Assembly (NCBI GenBank): GCA_030248215.1
Contig: JASANG010003005.1
Location: forward strand, 372,001-436,000
Reading direction: 5' to 3'
DNA: 64,000 nt
Source of the DNA: Enoplolaimus lenunculus
Lineage: Eukaryota
Shown here piece by piece: positions 38,423 through 50,809 of the stretch. The position numbers and the translations under genes were made by a program. Under the pieces are notes generated by a model, which saw only the letters and a program-made list of their open reading frames with translations, was not told where the DNA came from and made no database searches. Each line of letters opens with the position of its first letter. Positions within the stretch are counted from its first letter, which is position 1.

Positions 38423-39719
38423 CCTGGACCCTACCCTAACCGGTTGAAACAAAAGTCGCGGAGGTTTTGAAATGCGTATGGCTTCTGACTCGCTTCGCTC
38501 GCGAATTTCTGATGCTATTCTACCTTGTCGTTATTCTTTTCATGGCTTTACGCACTATACAAACTTTAAAGTAACCACCAAATTGCTTAAAGTTAACAAA
38601 TTTTCTCACTCGCTGCACTCGCTGGCCTACAATTGCACTGCAGCTATCAAACAGAGGCGTGAGCTCGCACAACCTCAGATCACGCACCCAGTAATTTTGA
38701 ATCCACCTCTACCCTGGCGCTTTCCACCCTGGAGTTTGAAAGAATCCGCCACCCATGTCTGCTCCGGCACTGACACCTTGCTATTAAATTTCGTAGGATG
38801 CCATCAAATATCCACCGCCAAATTATAACTTGTGCTACCAACATTTGTGAATACAGACGTTGGTTTCTCAAGTCGTTTAGAAAAGACAGACTAACACGAT
38901 TAACTCAATAGAAAAGCTCAAAAAATGCGTTTCCTTCAAAGGTCATGAGCCTAAAACGAGTAAATTGACAATTTATTTTCACCCTCATTTGCGTTTTATA
39001 CGTCTGCTTCAACTCCAGGAAATAATTGTCTTGCGTTCGGACTCAAGGTCCAAACATCACCGGTAAATTGTTTTCCCACGGACCTGCAATAGATCAGGTA
39101 AGCTTAAGCGTTAGTTTGCTTACACTGCTTAGGCTTACGTTAGGCTTAAGCTTTGAAATTTGCAATTATTACTGTTACGACCCTGTTCTATACATTGGCC
39201 CGACGCAATGATGAAATGCTGTATTTTGCATTTTCAAAATGAGACAATTTCTTCAAAATATACCTTTTTATACGATCACCTGACGTTTTTTTGGGACCTG
39301 TTAGGTTTTGGTAAATTTTTATCCGACAAACCAACGCAAATACAGAAAACTTCTCTGACAGCGGCGACCGAACAACGAATAACAGTGCAAAAATAAGCTT
39401 GCGAGCAAACCGAACGAGAACCAAAATCCGATTTTAGACTAAATTTATAACGCAAAATTTTGGCTTTTAATTCCTGTTGCGCGTGTCAACGCTCAGATGA
39501 GCCGTTTCGATCAGCCGCTGGTGACAGACTCAGATGTTTTTGTGTGTGTTTTGTGTTTAAATTTTTTTTTTAATTTTTAAACTGTTTGAAGGATTAAAAA
39601 ATACAATATTGTTTATATGGCATCCTTGGAGTGTCAGACGCGGTTTAAGGTTTGTTTTTTTTTGGAATTTTGTCATTTTTGTCCTTCACAACAATACAAA
39701 AGTGTTCTGTAGACATTGT

Positions 39720-39993
39720 ATTCCCGGAAAGATTGAATTTCTTTGAAGGAATTTGTCAACTGACAACCTTATGTCTTGATGAATGTTTATGCACTGTAAA
39801 TTCCAATGAATTGATTAATCAATTCAGCTTGCGAGCTGGTTATTTCTGAATTAAACATTCCCGGAAAGATTGAATTTCTTTGAAGGAATTTGTCAACTGA
39901 CAACCTTATGTCTTGATGAATGTTTATGCACTGTAAATTCCAATGAATTGATTAATCAATTCAGCTTGCGAGCTGGTTATTTCTGAATTAAAC
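39720..39993 (+). repeat. 137-bp direct tandem duplication
   Basis: 39720-39856 is repeated at 39857-39993, identical by eye. Confidence 0.9.
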
Positions 39994-40228
39994 ATCAGTA
40001 AACATCAACTCACTCTGAGCTGTGTTGATTCTCACTCTGAGATGATAGTTGACTCTGGGTGAGTTGATTAATTAACTCTGAATCAATTGAATCAACTAAA
40101 ATTGTGAGTTCTGATAGTCCTAACTCAGACAAAGTGCTTCAACTCATTCTGAGTTAAAATCAACTCACTGAAATTTACAGTGTGTGTCGCAAAATGCATC
40201 AAACTATTTTAATGGCAATAAACCTGTT

Positions 40229-40772
40229 GGCCAGTATGTAAAGAACGGTGGCGGAACAGTATTATAAGCATATTCCTAAGCCTAAGCCTAAGCGTAAGAA
40301 TGAGCATATTCCTAAGCCTAAGTCTAAGCCTAAGCGTAAGAATGAGCATATTCCTAAGCATAAGCCTAAACCTAAGCGTAAGAATGAGCATATTCCTAAG
40401 CATAACCTAAGCCTAAACCTAAGCATAAGAATGAGCATATTCCTAAGCATAAGCCTAAGCGTAAGAATGAGCATATTCCTAAGCATAACCTAAGCCTAAA
40501 CCTAAGCATAAGAATGAGCATATTCCTAAGCATAAGCTTAAGCCTAAGCGTAAGAATGAGCATATTCCAAAGCATAAGCCGAAGCCTAAGCCTAAGCGTA
40601 AGAATGAGCATATTCCTAAGCATAACCTAAGCCTAAGCCTAAGCATAAGAATGAGCATATTCCTAAACCTAAGCCTAAGCCTAAGCCAAGCAAAAAAAAT
40701 TAGTCCAAAGCTGAAGCTTACTCTATCAGAGTCCCACAGAAAAACGTTCCGCTCCTGATCTTTAAATGGGCC
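40229..40772. mobile_element. Family A MITE with internal minisatellite expansion
   Basis: Family termini enclose about 10 units of AAGAATGAGCATATTCCTAAG plus variable CCTAAG hexamers. An oppositely oriented copy follows at 40831-41027. Confidence 0.8.
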
Positions 40773-41061
40773 AACTTGCCGAACAAAATTGGGCAACGAT
40801 AAAAATTTGCTGAAACGCTTTTCAAAAATGGGACCCAGGTAAAGATCAGGGGCGGAACGTTTTTTGCGGGACTGCTATAGAGTAAAGCTTAAGCTTCAGA
40901 CTAATCTTTCAACTTAGGCCTAGGCTTAGGTTAGGCTTAGGTATAAGCTGATTTATACGCTTAGGCGTAGATTTGGGCTTAGGCATATGCTTATACTAAA
41001 ATTACGGCTCTGTTCTATACTTTCGCCAAAAAATGCTATGTACAGGCTAGAACGTCTTGTA

Positions 41062-41303
41062 CACGCAAAAACATTTTCTGATATTCAATAAATATTTTCT
41101 TAAATTCAAGACAATTTTGTCTTATCTTGGCTCCAGACAACAAACCTTTAAGTTTAAGATATAAATGTGAACAATTTCAGACCCATAAAATTTGAGAAAT
41201 TAAAGTCTTGATTCAAGACATACACGTCTGGAGCTGTATTAAGACATAATTGTCTTAAATTTCAGACAATATTTCTTGAATACAAGACAATTTGCTTTGT
41301 GTG
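41062..41303. mobile_element. TA-flanked AT-rich MITE, family J
   Basis: TA-CACGCAAAAAC...GCTTTGTGTG-TA with AAGACA/TGTCTT motifs. Related stretches lie at ~17930-18696, ~43911-44530 and ~52330-52580. Confidence 0.6.
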
Positions 41304-41458
41304 TAGTGCCGTGGTTTTACGTAGTATTGTACATTAGTTACATTTTATAAACTTTCTAATGGTCAAAAAGCCATTATTTTTCGCGAAACCTTTAATGCAC
41401 CTTACTTAGTAAAACGTGTCCACATATTAACAATTATAGACAACACCTTTGAACTTTT

Positions 41459-41804
41459 GGCCAATCGGACGTAACAATAGATTAAGTGTATTCCTAAGCC
41501 TTACTCTAACCCTGAGCGGTGCCAACATGTGTTCCTAAGCCTAAACCTAAGCCCATACGCCTAAGCCTAAGCGTTGCAAAAATGTGTTCCTAAAAGATTT
41601 GGTTTCGTTGTGAAAAATTGAAAAAGTGATTTCAGAACAAATTCAAAAACTTTAAAAAATAAAAATTTTACAAAAATAAAATAATACACGTTTTATATTT
41701 TGATACGTTTACAAGCAAAGCCTAAGCAAAAAATGTAATCTAGAATATAAATCTACTCTTTTATAGACATACCAGAAACCTGGACGCCCCTTAAAGTATG
41801 GGCC
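41459..41804. mobile_element. TTAGGC-bearing MITE, family B
   Basis: TSD GAACTTTT/GAAGTTTT; family body. Other family B copies lie at ~36071-36209, 37481-37666, 42374-42536, 46697-46847, 47005-47301, 56048-56258, 57806-57941 and 61356-61671. Confidence 0.75.
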
Positions 41805-41994
41805 GAAGTTTTTATATGCTTGTGAACATAACTGTATCATGCATATTGCACGCACATATGATTAATTGTTATTTTTGGTGCTAGCAAAACGCTGGTTTGC
41901 ACAAGGTTCTACTGAAGAATATTTTAAATGTGCTAAAGAAGGTGCAAATTTTCATTTTCAAACCCAAAACATTTATTGTACCAGTGAAAATATT

Positions 41995-42299
41995 GGCCCA
42001 TGTATAGAATAGCGCCGGATCGGTTTCCGGAGGAACTGTAATAGAGTCAATTTAAGCTTTAGACTAAATTTTTTGCTTAGGCTTAGGCTAAGGCTAAGGC
42101 TTAGGCTTAGGCTTAGGCTTAGGCTTAGGCTTAGGCTTAGGCTTAGGCTTAGGCTTAGGCTTAGGCTTAGGCTTAGGCTTAGGCTTAGGCTTAGGCTTAG
42201 GCTTAGGAAGAGGCTCATCCATACGCTTAGGCTTAGGCTCAGACTTAGGCTTAGGCATATGCTTATACTACAGTTCCGGCCCTGTTCTATGCATGGGCC
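41995..42299. mobile_element. Family A MITE containing a pure telomere-type tract
   Basis: TIRs GGCCCATGTATAGAA / TTCTATGCATGGGCC; contains the (GCTTAG)22 tract. Confidence 0.85.
42075..42206 (+). repeat. Interstitial (TTAGGC)n tract, 22 hexamers
   Basis: 132 bp: 20 perfect GCTTAG units and 2 GCTAAG variants. Confidence 0.95.
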
Positions 42300-45200
42300 A
42301 AAAATTGTACATTGAACCCAAAGAGTGCAGTTACACACGCATGCACATGCATACCGCTGCCCATGCTTATTACGACCCATGTTACTTTTAGGGCCGTCCC
42401 AGTTTCTGATAGGTCTGTAAAAGAGTAGGCTTACATTCTAGACTACATTCTTTGTTTATAGGTTTAAGCTTAGGCTTAGGCTTAGGCTTAGGAATACGTT
42501 TAATCCATAGTTACGGCCCTAAAAGTAACATTGGCCCGTATTATTTCTTAATGAGAGCCAAACCAGTTCGCTACTGTTATGTTTAGGTTGTTGACAGACG
42601 AGACTGGGTGAACGACTGTTACTCTTACGCTAAAATCCTACTCAAACATTTCTGGCTTATTCATGTGTTGAACCATCGTATCTGTTAAGCTACAGGTTGC
42701 ATTGCTACAGTTCAAGATCAACATATATACATACGTATAGTCTATTAAGTACTACTTTACGTGTCATTAGCGTTTTCCGTAGGAATAATTTTCGCTAATG
42801 TCAAATGCTTGATATTCTTACCTCATAAGATGGGTTTATGACGTGTTCCAATGCTGGTTTTACTAGTCACAATCGAACTATTAATTGAAATTTTTTTCGT
42901 CTTGTGACACGGCGTCATTCCATTTGTTTTTACCAAGCTCGTAGCCAGCTCACATTGCTAGGGGGCTAAATTTTTTACGACGGGTTATACTAGAGTATGC
43001 GATCTCATACAAGGAATGTTGAAAGTGTCTAGGGGAGCCAAAATTTTTTAGGGGGCCTGAGAGTCCCCCGTTTGTTACGGGTCGGGGTTTGACGAAAATT
43101 TACACACTGCAAAAACGTTGGTAATTCTAAATCTTTCAGCCAATTGAATAATGGTGGAATACGTAGCTGTGTGATTATTAATTACAGATGGTAAGTAAAA
43201 ATTACTGTTGGACAAACAAGTTATTGGCCGAATAAAAGTGGACCGTTGTGGTATTTTAATATATTTGGTTTACGTTTAATGTTGTTTGACAAAGTTGACG
43301 ACCCATGTAAAGATCAGGAGCGGAACGTTTTTCTGTGGGACTAGAAAACAGTAAAATTAAGCTTTAGACTAATGTTCTTAGGCTTAGGCATAGGCTTAGG
43401 CGCATTGTCATTTTTTATGCTTAAGATTAGGCTAATTTTTAGGCTTAGACTTAGGAATAAACTCATTCTTACGCTTAGGCTTAATAGGCTTAGGCTTAGG
43501 GATAATACTTTCCCCCCCCTGCTCTTTACATAAAAAATATTTAGGCAAAAGTGAGCACACGCGGAATTGTGTTTTTGTTGTGCCTCAGAGTGGATGATCA
43601 CCTATAAAAAGCAACAGGGTACATTCTGTGTATTAAAATGTACCACCTGTTCTTTACATTGGTCAAGTAGAGCGAGGTATTTAGACAAAAGTGAGCCCAT
43701 GCCGGAATTGTGTTTTGTTGGTGCTATTAAAACATAAAAAATATTTGATTCCTCTGCAGAATATTCCGAAGATGCCATAATTATTGAGCGATCGTGAAAA
43801 GAAGTAATAGTTTCAGGCGCTGTAAAACACTACACGGCAGTGTAAAATTACTTTTCTGTTCTATATTGATTATAATCTGTTAAATTTTTAATTTCGTTTT
43901 ACAATATATACACAAAAAATAAATTGTATCTTATATTCAAGAAATGTTGTCTGAAATTTAAGACAATTATGTGGTAACACGGACTGGAGACATATATGCC
44001 TGGAATTCCATGCTTTTATTCCTTAAATTTTTCGGAAGGATGATTCTGAAATTTTGATACATAAAAACTGAAATTGTAGAATTTGTTTCATGAACGATTA
44101 AGACAAATATTTTAGAAAAAAATATTTGCCAAGGAATCCGACAACAAAATTGGGGGCTAAAGCTCAACCAAATACCCTACTTTTACAGCCTAAAAGATAC
44201 GTCCAAGACGCAAACTTAGGTTTGGGAGACTGCGCTCATCCCGAAATATTATTGAAATTTGATTGATCATATACACTCCAATATGAATTTACACGCGGCA
44301 ACTTTTTTACATAAAGTACATAAAAATTAGAAAATAAACTCTTGAATAAAGACAACTATTTATTGAAAGGAAGAAATTTATGACTTGTAAATTGGCATCA
44401 GTAATTTTTTGGGTAGAAAACATTTATATTTTAATCAATTCACACACGAGTTTCTGAGCTTTTGAACGCCATTAATGTCTGAAATACATGACATTTATGT
44501 CTTAAAAATTAAAGAAAGTAGCGGTCTTGATGTTTGTACCGCAGTTGTTAATCGTTGTGTTAAAATTCATACCTAAAACAATTTCATTGTTTTAATTATG
44601 CAATAATAGAAACTTTGTCGGAATTTCAGCCGGAATCGTAATTTTCGTTGTTGCTTTGGCATTAGAAGGATTTCACCGTCAACGTTACACGTTATTTAAA
44701 TTGTTTACAATCGAATATTGAACGTACCAACTATCGGGGTATATAGTTTATTTTTAGTTTATCATTCAGTATATTAATGTAAAATATTTATTTGCATTTT
44801 AACATAATTTTAAGTCCGAAGTAAAAACAACAACCCACACAAACTTCAAAATAGCCATTTTTATGGTTTGGAGCCCAAAGTGAATTACACTTTACTCATA
44901 GCTTGCTGACCAACAAAGTATTTAGTTTTAAAGCCGTACTACTATATATATATCAGGGCGCAAACGGATAGTAAAAAATAGCGGAAACGGAAGCGGAAAC
45001 GAATAATGATCAAAATAATGAAAACGGATATTGAAGTTATAAAAGTTGCAAAAACGTTTTATTTTTCTGCCATTAATACAATTGAGGTGTGCAAATATTC
45101 ACCGGTATTTCCAAATTTTTAAAGAACAAAATGGCGGATGCGTAAAAATTGGGATGAATTTTGTAATTTTTATTTCATTTCAAACAATTGCAGCATATCT

Positions 45201-47705
45201 GTAATCAAAAATTACTTGATATATACGTGATTTATAACTATAATTTTGAACAGTAAAAATAACAGAATTTCCGTTATTTCTCTAACGGAAACGAAAACGG
45301 CAACAGACACCGATTTTTACCGGAAACTGTAACAGAAACGGACATCCTGTTACACTCTGGTGTATATCAGTGTACGACCGGATACCAAAAAATGCCGGGG
45401 CCAGAGCCGAATAATTAATTCAAATCTAAAGCTAGACAGCATTCAAATATTAAAACGGAGCTAACAATTCTTCCCTCAGTAGCTCGAGGCATCCAAAGGT
45501 TATACGTAACAAAGCTTAACATTCCACGCCAAATGAATATTTTACACCTTAACAACGACCACATTTCTGTTTTCGTATCGTTGCGTTCAGTTGCAATATT
45601 TGCATGGACCATGTTACATTTAAGCCTATCCAGTTTTTCCTAAATACATCAAACAAAGGTGGCTTTGGATCAAACAAGCCAGTCTTTGTCGCGGCAAGTC
45701 TCGGTATTTGGCAGGTATTTTTTCTCGGTTTGTTGAGTCTCGGTGACTTGTAATCGACACCAGAAGTCGAGGATTCGACACATGTGTGGCTGTATTGTTG
45801 AAGTGAATGATGTCTGATAGATAATAAATAGCCGCGAATCTATGAATTTTCATAGTCTCGCAATAATTATGAGCAGATATTCTCAAATACACAAAAAACT
45901 AGGAAAAAACATTAAAAATATATAGTATATTTGAAAAATTTTAATTTTTTTCGTTGATGACAAAACATTGACCCAGACAGAAACTTTTCTTGTCCCGTCT
46001 CGGTTGTCAGGTCTCGGTCTCGGGTCTTGGGTTTTATTCTTGACCGCCTGTTCCTTCTTAGGATCGAGCCTACTACTTTCGCATAGCCTTGGGCCTAGTT
46101 TTAGACTTATTTTTACGCTGAAGTTGAACCTTAGGGATAGGAATTGGAATCCGGCGAAATACAGTTACGCCGTTAAAATATCACTGGTCATCTATCAGGT
46201 TTTCCAGCGTTATTGCAACCCAATAAAAATTGTGATCGAATATGGTGGGCACATGCTAACATTTACATTTACTTGTATGACAGAAAAAATATGTAAAAGT
46301 AAATTCAATCAGTTCCACGGTAGTTGGCATAAATACAAATGATGGTTTCAATTTTTTGAAATTTTTAAACAAATATCCGTCAAGTTAAAATATCGGAACC
46401 ATATCCAGATGTCGATTTTTTGCCGGAGCCGGATATCCGGTCACACCCTGATATATACATAACTGTTTTTGTTTACTCAGTATGATGTTTATTATGCCTT
46501 TATGGTTTTACTATTCTACTCGGTTACTGGTTTTGTTGCTGTGTGTTCTCGGTTGCTATGCCGGCACACAAGAGTTCTTTTAGGTTCATACCAAGGTTCT
46601 ACTGAACGTGGGCTTAGCAGTGGCACAATATTTGAGGAAAAACCCTGTATATAGTTTCTGTGTGCGTGTGAATGATATAACTCTTATACTCGCAAGGGCC
46701 AGTGTTACTTTTAGGGGCGTAACAGTAGATTAAAAGAGCATTCCTAAGCCTAAGCCTAAGCCTAAGCCAAAAAATGTAATCTAGAATCAAAACCTACTCT
46801 TTTATAGACCCACCAGATAGCTGGACGCCGCTTAAAGTAACGTGGGCACTGACAAGTATATATGTGCCCGTGGTCGCTGCATAGTTGGGTATTCAAGTGT
46901 GGAAAAAAATTTTTTAATAGACATACTACCGTAGCCAAATTTCATTTAGACATAAGTAATGATGGAAAATGTAGTATGTACTAGAAATTCTTTATTCCAG
47001 GATGGGGTCCATGGTACCTTAACGGACACCCAGGCTTCTGGTGGGTCTATAAAATAGTAGGTTTACATTCTAGATTACATTTTTTGCTTAGGCTTAGGCT
47101 TAGGAACACATTTTTGCAACTCTTATACTTAGACTTAGGTTTAGGCTTAGGCTTAGGCTTAGGAACACATTTTTGCAACTCTTATACTAAGGCTTAGGTT
47201 TAGGCTTAGGCTTACGAACACATTTTTGCAATGCTTAGGCGTAGGCTTGGGTTTAGGAATACGCTTAATCTACTGTTACGCTCCTTAAACTAACATTGGC
47301 CCAGGGTGGTATAGCTGCACCCCCATGGCAGATACATTACGAGCGGTCACGTGATACGTATGCATCTATGTGTATTGTGGTGCCGGTCGCTCATGCGTTT
47401 ATCAGTTGCGGGATAAATATAGCTCGTGGTTTTCTGGCGTGAGAGCTCTTTAGTCAACCGAATGCCTGCGTGTCAATCGGGTAAATTGTGTTTTATTTCA
47501 TTCGGTAACTGTGGAAGCCTAACAAATCCGTGTGTGCATATATGCGTAAATGGTCATTTTTTCTTCGTTCGTTCGGTTTGTGACGTTGGCAAGCGTCATA
47601 GTGATGCGATAGTTTGCTTCAGATTATGTTTTACAGTAAATGATAAGTTTACTGATACCGACACATTGAACTGTTTCTTGCATGAATATTTTCTATTTTA
47701 TTTAA

Positions 47706-47966
47706 CCCTTTCTCACGTGAATATTTTCAATTTCATATGAGATGTAATTCCAAGGTAAGATTCGATCCGCAGTCTCACGGGTGGGAGGAGTTTACGATGA
47801 CCACTGAGCTATAGGAGCTTGACGCTCGAGCCTGATTAGGCTCTCACGTCTTGTGCAGATTTTGTACTGCGCATATGTTATAAATTTTAAACACTGCTCA
47901 TAGTGTGTGTATTGCTCGTACATTATTGTATTTAGTTGCTCATAGTATACTCTATGAGTGAAAGGA
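47706..47966 (-). mobile_element. piggyBac-type MITE, family E1
   Basis: TTAA on both sides; closely similar to 25486-25748 along its whole length. Confidence 0.8.
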
Positions 47967-50578
47967 TTAAAATTCAATTTCAAGCTGGGAATTTGAGCTA
48001 CGGACGATGACATTGTTAGCGTCTATCATCAAGGCTTAATAACTATGGTTATCCATGAGCCTTCCTAGGTCCGCTAAACGTCCTTGTTAAAGAGTTTCCA
48101 AACTTTTTCAAATACGCGAGGCCGGGTAGAAATTGATTTCTGTATCAGGATACACGCAATTAATTCGATGTTTTGTCGACCCTCTGGAATAAATGTGCTT
48201 CTTGTCTTCAGAAGTTTTACGAGAAGAAATATCCCAAAAGCACCTACTCTTAGCTTCAAACTCCAAAATCTCAACCAATTTGAAATCTTAGCTACGTACT
48301 TGAGCCCGTATTCTCAAATGTGAGTAGCACCTATTACCAGTTGGCAATAGGGTCTTGTAAACTTTCGAACCCCCGGGAATGTTTAAGGTTTGAAATTCAG
48401 CACATTTATTGCTTTCGATTTTCGCTACTTCTGTGCCTAAATTTTGAAATCAGCAATTGCAGCAGTTGGTTAGAAAACCAACAGAAGGGCTCTATGCATT
48501 TGAGAATATGGGCGCAACGAGAGACGGCAAAAAAAAGAGCGACCGTACCAAACAAACAAACCCCCACAAATTATATTCATGTTGTTGGTATGTTATTTAC
48601 TCTGCTACCATGCTCATCGACTAGCTTTTCATGTTTTTTTACCCACAATGGGCTTCTATTTTAACTCTCATGTAGACCCATTTAAACCCACAGAAAGTGA
48701 ATCATCAGTCGTCAGAGGTTGCAAATACAATCATTTTTGATGACGTGGTACAAAAACTCGCTAGCTATGTAAGCGATAAGCCAAGTACAATTATTCAATA
48801 CTAAAATGTTAATATTTTTAGGTTTGATGCTTTAGGAACCATGGCTTTATAGGTTGTTTAGAATTCCCGGTGTCACCGATTGGTTTTTTGGTTGCATTTT
48901 GGCACCCGAAATCGATTCTGACCTAACAACGCTATTCAGGTTGACATTTTGAAGCTGGTTGCGTTGCTGTCAGATAGTGAAATGTATATTGCTTTTTGGC
49001 AAATCATTCTTTGATCATCAAACTAATTACTTTTATTAATACTAAATCCAATAAAGAGAATGGTTAATTTCCCATCGATAATAGCGCATAGTACCTATTC
49101 TGGACCCGTAGCCAGAGTAGTGGGTAAGGTTAGTTTAGCCTCCCTGAAAGAATTTTGCAACCCCGCCTAGAGAAAATTTTCAACATTGCTGGTAAGTCAT
49201 CGAAAACCCTTGTATGTCCTTCCTGTACGTGAGCTGGCTAGGGCCTGATTTAGTTGTCATGCTTACAATTTAGCTAAAGTTTGATCATGATGTAAGTTAT
49301 AGTGCAATTACGCAAAGCCTTTATAATAACTTTAAATACGGGTTCGAAACTCGTGAGAATACTGTAGTGACCCAGAGAAGGGGGTGGGTAATGAGAGAAG
49401 GTCCCCATTTTGAGTCTCAATTAGTATGAGTCCGTAAGCGGATAGAGTCCCTAAATCCTAATTAGAGTCCATAAATGTCAATTATCGCTGATTGTGTAGT
49501 GCATAACTGACTTCAAGACCAAAAAAAGTTAGAGTTCCAAACTTTAAAGCATATTAAAGTTTTGAACGTACATTTCTAAGTATAACCTTGCATTATCGCT
49601 TAAGTTTTTGATATAACACAAATAAACGTTTAATTCAATGGATATTTGACACCGTATATATCAGTAACGAACCCGGCAAACGGCGGGTTAAAAATAAACA
49701 ACAGTCCGTAGCCGAATAACTGTGAGTACCTTGGGAGAGGCCAAATAAATATTAGTGCCCCCTCTTATTCGGATCGCTACAGTACTATAGAACAAATTTC
49801 TTAAAGCTATATTTCCAAACCCCAAAAAGATCTTTCCCCGTCGGATAATTCCGGATCCGCCGGCACATCCGCAATCTGGTATCATTTTTATTTATGTTGC
49901 TTTGAAAATACATAATTTCTAGCTTTTCGCAAAAAGTCAAAACTTACCACATATATATAATGACTGAAATAGTAAAATAGGCTAGACATTGTCTATAGGT
50001 TTAGCCTTACGCTTAGAATTACGAAAATCTATAATAACGGGGGGCTTTATGCTATCAAATTAACACAAGGAAAACAAACAGGTACGCGCTGAATTTTAAT
50101 ACTGACGTTTACGATTGCGCTATCTGTGCCGCACGCCGCAGTGCGATGGTGCACGCTCTTGTAGGTGGCTGTGCCACTCTTAAACCTTATTTCAATCTAA
50201 AAACTAAAACATAAACTAAAATCAAATATCAAAACCACACCTTAAGGGAGTCTCTGGCTCCACCTAGTCTAACTTCTCACAGCTCTATGCGCTGCAAACA
50301 AAAATATAGACAAAACCTATTCGGTGGCGTACGGTGGCACGAGGCAGGTATAGAGCAACCCTTAACATTTAAGCATACTCAGCAGCGGTTTTAAGTATCT
50401 TGAATGTAAAAATTGCTCTATTTAATACCGAGTAAATATACGTTGTGGTCATGAGCGCATAAGCCACAAACGACATGCGTAAATTATCAGTCAACGACCA
50501 TATTCTATTGAAAGGTAAAACGATGAAATTCCAGGGCTAAAAAGTCAGCTATTTGAAAGCGCCGATAAACGAAATATC

Positions 50579-50809
50579 AGCTCATGTATAGAACAGGGCC
50601 GGAACTGTAGTATAAGCATATTCCTAAGCCTAAACCTAAGCCTAAGCCTAAGCGTAACGATGAGCGTATTTTTAAGCCTAAACCTAAAACCTACGCGTAA
50701 GGTTGAACCTATTCAATAAGTCTAAGTCTAAGCCTAAGCAAAAAGTTTAAAGGTTAAGCTGACTTCAGTCCAGCAGGAAAACGTTCCGGCACTGTTCGAT
50801 ACATGGGCC
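50579..50809. mobile_element. TTAGGC-bearing MITE, family A
   Basis: Family TIRs; TSD GAAATATC/GAAATATT. Another copy lies at ~51427-51612. Confidence 0.8.

Noticed and set aside
42075..42206. True chromosome end or telomere-fusion scar
   Set aside because: The tract has one orientation only and lies between the two TIRs of an intact MITE.
45626..45715. Possible isolated exon (PIQFFLNTSNKGGFGSNKPVFVAASLGIWQ, AG...GT flanks)
   Set aside because: Weak acceptor, no partner exons found and no recognisable homology.
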